A stretch of DNA of 62,646 nucleotides, counting the filler, from Stramenopiles sp. TOSAG23-2 (lineage: Eukaryota): NCBI GenBank assembly GCA_900128395.1. It is 6 parts of 6 records of this genome, joined end to end, with 100 filler letters (N's around TTAATTAATTAA, not from the genome) between each part and the next. Parts side by side here need not be neighbours in the genome. Positions count along the whole stretch, not along the records: positions 55,983 to 57,574 come from LT652638.1; positions 57,675 to 59,265 come from LT652639.1; positions 59,366 to 60,956 come from LT652640.1; positions 61,057 to 62,646 come from LT652641.1; 2 more parts are not named here. One strand, given 5' to 3'. The notes beneath the pieces were generated by a model, which worked only from the letters and a program-made list of their open reading frames with translations, was not told where the DNA came from and did no database searches. This document shows positions 56,187 to 62,646 of the stretch, one piece after another; position 1 is the stretch's first letter, and every line of letters begins with the position of its first letter. The position numbers and the translations under genes were made by a program.

Positions 56187-57197
56187 CTAAAACAAATAAA
56201 CTTGATAATATGTATCACCAGTCACTTTATAATTGTAAATTAATCTTGTACCTTCCTCTTCAATTGTCTTATATTTACGATTATTTTTCCTAGCTTCATT
56301 GATGTAAAAATTAGAAACATATTGACTACATGAAATAGCGTAGAAATCATGATTAATTGGATCAGTTGTTGTACCATCAGTTCCCCATTCAAATTGTGGC
56401 CTTTCTGGATGCCATTGGGTTGCAAATACAGGATATTTAATACCTTCAATTGTTGATACAAATTGATTGCCTTTTCGTCCACGATTGGTACTTAATATAT
56501 GAAAGAAATTATTTAAATTTGTATTTGTAACAAACGTATTTGGATGCAAACCATCATGATGTAAATTTGTTGTTACAGGATTATTTTGAAACCAATTGTA
56601 TATTTCACTTTTCATTGGCATTGGATAATTTTCTAAATTAAATAATTTGCTTTTTGCTGCATGTATTGTAAAGTTCAAAGGTAACATTAAATTTTCAGAA
56701 TCAAATTTATTTAATGACAAAACTGATGGATCTTCCGCAACTAATACTGAAATGGTTTGGATACCCATACATGTGCCCCATAAGGGAAAATATTCACCAT
56801 TATCGTTTATTTTTTTCACTTGTTCTAATAAATATTTCGCTGTTTTCATGTAAGTTGATGTTAAATTTTGTAAAACAACATCACCACCAGTAAATAAGAT
56901 GCCATTTAAGCCAATTAAAATATCATCAATTTCATTGATTGGTTTATTATATGGAATTGGAACAACACGCGCACCGGCACTTTCAATCCATTGTACATAT
57001 AAATTATGAAAACAAGAAGTCGGCGCAACACCATCCTTCGTACTCTCTATCATCGATGCATACGTAACACAACCGCCAATATCAAGAGGCACAGTTAAAA
57101 CACCAATAATTGGTCGATTGTTTTCTTTACCAGCATTTGCATATTTATTAGTTGTAAATAATACTAATAATATGACTATGAATGTTGAATGATTCAT
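56187..57197 (-). CDS. GGH: Gamma-glutamyl hydrolase (peptidase C26)
   Basis: Signal peptide; RPIIGVL, ESAGARVVPI, NGILFTGG, WGTCMG, QWHPE. Confidence 0.93.
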   Translation of the reverse strand: MNHSTFIVILLVLFTTNKYANAGKENNRPIIGVLTVPLDIGGCVTYASMIESTKDGVAPTSCFHNLYVQWIESAGARVVPIPYNKPINEIDDILIGLNGILFTGGDVVLQNLTSTYMKTAKYLLEQVKKINDNGEYFPLWGTCMGIQTISVLVAEDPSVLSLNKFDSENLMLPLNFTIHAAKSKLFNLENYPMPMKSEIYNWFQNNPVTTNLHHDGLHPNTFVTNTNLNNFFHILSTNRGRKGNQFVSTIEGIKYPVFATQWHPERPQFEWGTDGTTTDPINHDFYAISCSQYVSNFYINEARKNNRKYKTIEEEGTRLIYNYKVTGDTYYQVYLF

Positions 57198-57574
57198 GAA
57201 TATATATATTTTTTTCTTTCAATCTACACACTTACTTAAGATTTCTTATATATAGAACAACGCCTGCTTCAATATACAATTCAATGTCTATGTGTAAATA
57301 CACACTTCGATGCATGCCTAATTATATGGCCGAGTTACCTGTTGTTTCCTCTCTCTATTTTAAATGTGCTGATTTTGCCTTAAAAAAATTGATTAAATTT
57401 TAAATTGATTCTATTTTAAGGCATAATATTATTGATATAGTAGGCTAAGAAGATTTCTCTGACACTTTTAGCCCCACATAGGATAAATTGTCTTGTAGAA
57501 TACGTATGGTATCCGTCTCCTTTTCCTTCGTCCGTGTAACAGTCAAAATCTATAAATATATTCTATTAATATTT

Positions 57575-57674
57575 NNNNNNNNNNNNNNNNNNNNNNNNNN
57601 NNNNNNNNNNNNNNNNNNTTAATTAATTAANNNNNNNNNNNNNNNNNNNNNNNNNNNNNNNNNNNNNNNNNNNN
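57575..57674. other. Artificial contig spacer
   Basis: N44-TTAATTAATTAA-N44. Confidence 0.97.
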
Positions 57675-57926
57675 CTCTTTCTTGTTTTGTTGTTGTTGTT
57701 TCTCATCATCATTTTCATTATTGAAATTATTATAGATGATACTGAATGAATGAAATGAAGTAAGTATATTTATCAAGTTGCAACTAGTTTGCAAATCAAT
57801 ATTATAATTATTGAATTGCATTTTTAAAAGTATGTAGATATAAAACACATTACATAGTATTCATGTTCTCAATATTTTAATTGTTAATATCAACATAATA
57901 TATCATCTTTAATTATTTGTATAACC

Positions 57927-59265
57927 ATGGCATCATTGACTACAACAACTACTACAACAACGACGACTACTGCTTCCAATTGGACCACTGCAGGTAATAA
58001 TAACAATAACAACAATAACAATAATGGAGGAAATAATATTAATGAGGATGACAATGTTCAGGCTGTGATTGACATTGGAGATGGATTTTTTATTAAAGAA
58101 TCACCATTATCAGAATCAGAAATAACAACTTTACATAATCATGTAGATGCTGCTTTTAATAGTCCCACGGAAATTGTTGGTGGCTCTGGATTTAGAATTG
58201 TACAATGGACAAATAATTCAATGTACAAAGATGTAATCATTAGCAGACTAAACGAAACAATGTTAAATAATGAACTTACAGGGTTGGGTTCAAAACCAAC
58301 ACCCCCACTATTTTTCATACACCTCCTTGAAAGGTACTGGCCAAAATTGTTTCAAAATAGGGAATTTGTTTTGGGGTGGATACAAGCTTTGGAAATACCA
58401 GCTGGAGAAACCCTAACACCACATACAGATCCACCGAAAGCTGGTGATCTTATTATAACCATCAACATAAACAAATCCCAATTGACATTGCAAAGTAACC
58501 AGGGTAGCAGAACAAAAAGTGAACGAAAACAAACTTTTGAATTGCCTCCTTATTCATCGTATTCTTTAGAAAATGGCTCTTTATTATATGCTAAGCATAG
58601 CATCAAAAATATGTTAAATACACCTCGTTACTCAATAACATATCGTTTGTTTAAAACAAAATTATGTAAATTGTTATTTCGAAAATCAAATTTTACAGAT
58701 TATAAATGGGAGGATATTGCCCCCAAAACAAAAGGTGTAGCATTATGGACAAATAAAGACCATACAGCATCAAGTACATATGCAAGTGTATACAATATTG
58801 TAGTAGTAGATCGCAGGAAAGATGTACAACAACAATATTCATGTGAATATCTACAAACATATACACATGGATACCAATATGATGAGTCTGTTCATCGACA
58901 TAACATACTTGTGGCGACAGATGAATGCCTTGATTTGCCAAGGCCTCTAGAGGGTAAGATTGTATCCAATCATCTATTGTACAGTCACTCATTACATGTT
59001 GAATTGCCAAAAATTAAAATTAGTGATGAGACATGGTTTTACACTAAAATAGACACTTTGTCAAATGCAATAATTGGAATAGCTTATCTATTAAATACAT
59101 TGGGAGAGTCAAAAACAGCAGCCCGTATTGACACCTACTATAAAGATCATGTTTATACAAAAATAATATTTCCAAAATATTATTGGTTCGAATTAAGAAA
59201 TATTGAAATTCAAAACAAGGCAAAAATTTCAAAAGCACGGGATATTATGGATAAAATAAAATATG
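57927..59265 (+). CDS. 2OG-Fe(II) dioxygenase (AlkB-like) with an additional domain; 3'-truncated
   Basis: HxD (PHTD), distal His (KHSI), RYSITYR; ORF runs into the contig end. Confidence 0.7.
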
Positions 59266-59365
59266 NNNNNNNNNNNNNNNNNNNNNNNNNNNNNNNNNNN
59301 NNNNNNNNNTTAATTAATTAANNNNNNNNNNNNNNNNNNNNNNNNNNNNNNNNNNNNNNNNNNNN
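59266..59365. other. Artificial contig spacer
   Basis: N44-TTAATTAATTAA-N44. Confidence 0.97.
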
Positions 59366-60636
59366 GAATACACCGTTTTCATCCGGTTTTGGTGGATTAT
59401 GTGCTGGATCTTGACTGGTTCCGTCTTTTCCAGCTGCTAATATTATTTTACCCATACCTTCATACGTTGCTTTACAATTTGGTAAATTTTTGATTCCAGC
59501 TGCACCAGTAATACTACCATTTTTGTTATTAACCGCTCCCCCATTCCAATAAAATGGAAAGAGCGCCACAACACGATTATCTCTTAGGCCAAATTGAAAA
59601 AATTCTCGAGCATTTGTGGTACAAAATGTATCTAATGCTTTTGCTTGCATTGCAGTTAATGACCCAGAACTCCAACCCCCACTAACTGGCACTACACGTT
59701 GATCTGAACGAGACAATCTTGGATATACCATGTTTTTATATGCTTGCTCTTGAACCACCCAACTAGATGAATCTTGTGAATAAAAATCAAAACCGAACCA
59801 ATCAACATTCACAGGCAGGCATTCATTTTCANNNNNNNNNNNNNNNNNNNNNNNNNNNNNNNNNNNNNNNNNNNNNNNNNNNNNNNNNNNNNNNNNNNNN
59901 NNNNNNNNNNNNNNNNNNNNNNNNNNNNNTCATTTTCAGCAAATACTGTACGATTTTGCTTATCATAATTGCAAGATGCTGGGTCCGGTGCATCGTTCAT
60001 ATATATAATAGCCTCTGGCCATGAAAGGCGTATCAAATCCGCTATCAACTTAATTTCTGCTAATGTAACTCCAAAATATAAATGTTCATCTCCTAAAAAG
60101 ATACCAATAATATTACCTTTGTCAATTAATGGTTTAATTTTCTCAAACTGCTCTTTCCAAGATTGTTTGTAATTTGGATCAATTGTAATGCAATTAAAAT
60201 AACCGTCCGGAGTGGTTTGGCAATGTTTCACTGGCGCAAAGCATTTTTTCTTTTGCCCTACAGTCCATTGCAATGGATATAAAGCTTTCATATTGTAATG
60301 AATGGAATTATTTTGTATTGTCGGTATATCACCAATATTAAATGTTAAGTCTGCCCAACCTTTACCAGCTGCACCATTTAACGACCACATGGAAGAGTGT
60401 TGTAAGGCCTTNNNNNNNNNNNNNNNNNNNNNNNNNNNNNNNNNNNNNNNNNNNNNNNNNNNNNNNNNNNNNNNNNNNNNNNNNNNNNNNNNNNNNNNNN
60501 NNNNNNNNNNNNNNNNNNNNNNNNNNNNNNNNNNNNNNNNNNNNNNNNNAGAGTGTTGTAAGGCCGTTATCGTCGTCGTCGTGGCAAGAATGCATATGAA
60601 GCATGCTGCTAAGATTCCTGTTGCATATTTCATCAT
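59366..60636 (-). CDS. Secreted putative TIM-barrel glycoside hydrolase-like protein; gapped and 3'-truncated
   Basis: Signal peptide; GIFLGDE, IIYMND, VDWFGFDFY, VVALFPFYW; two internal N gaps. Confidence 0.5.
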
Positions 60637-60956
60637 TCTTTTTCCGAGTAATCTGGTAGATTTTACTTTTAATATGTTAGTTTATGATAATATCTTTTTC
60701 CATTTGGCATATTAAATGATATATGTATATCGTTAAAAAATGAACAATCTATATTATTATTATTATCATCATCTTAATCTGTTAGTCGTCCATCCATGGT
60801 AGCATGCATAGAGGAGGTATATAATAAAATAGTAGAATTAATTAATAATAATATGCAACGTTGTTGGTGCTGTGGTTTGCTTATTTTATGGCAATAACGA
60901 TTTTTATGTATCCTATCAAAAATACTACCCCGCGTGGTAGCTCTAGCTATATACGA

Positions 60957-61056
60957 NNNNNNNNNNNNNNNNNNNNNNNNNNNNNNNNNNNNNNNNNNNN
61001 TTAATTAATTAANNNNNNNNNNNNNNNNNNNNNNNNNNNNNNNNNNNNNNNNNNNN
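60957..61056. other. Artificial contig spacer
   Basis: N44-TTAATTAATTAA-N44. Confidence 0.97.
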
Positions 61057-62257
61057 CTGGGTTTCGAAAACTAAATTTCCTTTTACAAAATCCCCCATTT
61101 CCACCGCCAACTTTTGGGAATTTGTTGCTTTTGTATTGTAAATTTCAATATTATGATTTGGCAGCAGATGTACTTGCTGAAAATACCCATTTGACATTTA
61201 AAATGTTAACTCAGGATTTGTATGAATATTTGGATGCGTGTATTATGGTGGAGACGTCTCCGGCTGAAGCTTATCGCAAGTTTGATGATTTAACAAATAA
61301 GCACATCGAGGGTTTAAGAAAATTAACCAAAAGTATTCAAGATAGCCGAATAAGCCGGGATAACGAAGCAATAAAAGATTCTTTAAAAAAATATGATGAA
61401 TCTTTAGAAGCTTACATACCTGTATTGATGGCACAAGCAAGGATTTATTGGGAAAGAGAACATTATCCTAAAGTAGAAAAAATATTTAGGCAAAGTGCTG
61501 AATTTTGTAGTGAACATGATGTTTGGAAACTGAACGTTGCGCACGTTTTCTTTATGCAAGAAAATAAGTTTAAGGAAGCAATACATTATTACGAGCCAAT
61601 TATTAATAAACATGAGCATACTATATTAGATGTTACTGCTATTGTTTTAGCCAATCTTTGTGTTAGTTATATTATGACAAGTCAGAATGAAAAGGCAGAA
61701 GAGCTAATGAGAAGAATTGAACGTGAAGAGGAGCAACAAGCTGTATCAAATCCAGACAAACCATGTTTTCATTTATGTATTGTCAATTTAGTCATTGGTA
61801 CATTATATTGCGCCAAAGGTAAGTTTTGGATGTATGCCTTTATTTTTTCTATACTTAATCTTATAAACGTATAATTTTGCTTATTAACATTTTTGCTTCA
61901 ATAAATACACTAATATATACATGCATATATACGTATACAGGGAATTATGACTTTGGCATTTCCCGTATAATAAAAAGTTTAGAACCTTATGACAAAAAGC
62001 TAGGTACCGACACGTGGTATTACGCAAAACGTTGCTTTCTGGCATTGGCCGAATCACTTGCGAAACACATGTTGTCATTACAAGATTCTACATATGAAGA
62101 AATTAAGCGCTTCCTAGAAGCAGCAGAGCGACATGGGGGAAGCATTTTAACGGTCGTCGTCAGTGGTCGCGAAGATGAAAAAAATGACCCAGCAAAAACA
62201 AATGTGTCGTACGAGGCCCGGCGGTTGAAAAATTTGTTTATGAAACTGAGAGATTAA
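61057..62257 (+). CDS. IFT70: Intraflagellar transport protein IFT70/TTC30 (fleer/DYF-1), 5'-truncated; 2 exons seen
   Basis: AADVLAEN, YIPVLMAQA, WKLNVAHVFFMQE, HLCIVNLVIGTLYCAKG|NYDFGISR, DTWYYAKRC, YEARRLK. Confidence 0.95.
61819..61940 (+). other. Spliceosomal intron (122 nt)
   Basis: GTAAGT donor and CAG acceptor; splicing gives the conserved CAKGNYDFG. Confidence 0.9.
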
Positions 62258-62646
62258 GCCTGATAAACTTGGTTGTTTAAATGCAAGAATTTGAGATATC
62301 ATATCATCACACAGCCCGCTATGTTTTGGGCTGCCGTGTGTCATCATACGGGCAATTTTGACAGCCCAAGGCATTTTAATGCTGTGCAGTGTATTTTATA
62401 AAATAGCCTTTTGTACAATTAAATAGTTGCTAAATTTTTAATGTTAGGATAAACACAGCATTAAATTCAATAGTGTGTAGGCTTATTTTTCTCAAAAATA
62501 TTTTATTAGAGTGTGGCACATATTGTACCAAATAGTATACAGAATATACAAGGAATGCTCCCTAGCAATGTTAAGGTCTTTCCCTATTCCCTACACTTGC
62601 CTAATCTAGCAAGTGATAATATAAGGTTAAAATAATCTAATAATTT

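Noticed and set aside
55983..62646. GGH, dioxygenase, GH-like and IFT70 genes as a cluster
   Set aside because: They sit on four separate contigs joined artificially
1..62646. Prokaryotic or giant-virus origin
   Set aside because: Spliceosomal introns and AP-4, PEX6, IFT70, MGAT1 and ZMAT2 genes; no operons or viral hallmark genes

Overview
AT-rich, gene-dense, intron-poor eukaryotic nuclear DNA from a flagellated (CEP78, IFT70), probably phagotrophic (cathepsin C, GGH, secreted glycosidases) protist. A stramenopile-like marine flagellate is my inference. The window is not one locus: five identical 100-bp spacers (N44-TTAATTAATTAA-N44) join six unrelated contigs in descending length order (27,999; 27,783; 1,592; 1,591; 1,591; 1,590 bp). 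About 25 protein genes are supported, three with clear GT-AG introns. Fourteen perfect 100-144 bp tandem duplications, most likely assembly artefacts, disrupt several otherwise intact genes (cathepsin C, ECH1, membrane PPase). The most interesting candidate is a 991-aa STAND/NB-ARC protein with a putative N-terminal Ig-fold (velvet/CudA-like) DNA-binding domain and a C-terminal CRAL-TRIO-like lipid-binding domain. It lies head-to-head with an ABCA transporter and could be a lipid-sensing one-component regulator. Also notable: a Gfo/Idh/MocA oxidoreductase fused to a bacterial-type L-rhamnose mutarotase, a membrane PPase with Na+-PPase-type signatures, and a shared GGAATGCC/CCWGG element in divergent promoters. 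All family calls come from motif recognition by eye; no searches were run. No rRNA, tRNA, CRISPR array or transposon was recognised.
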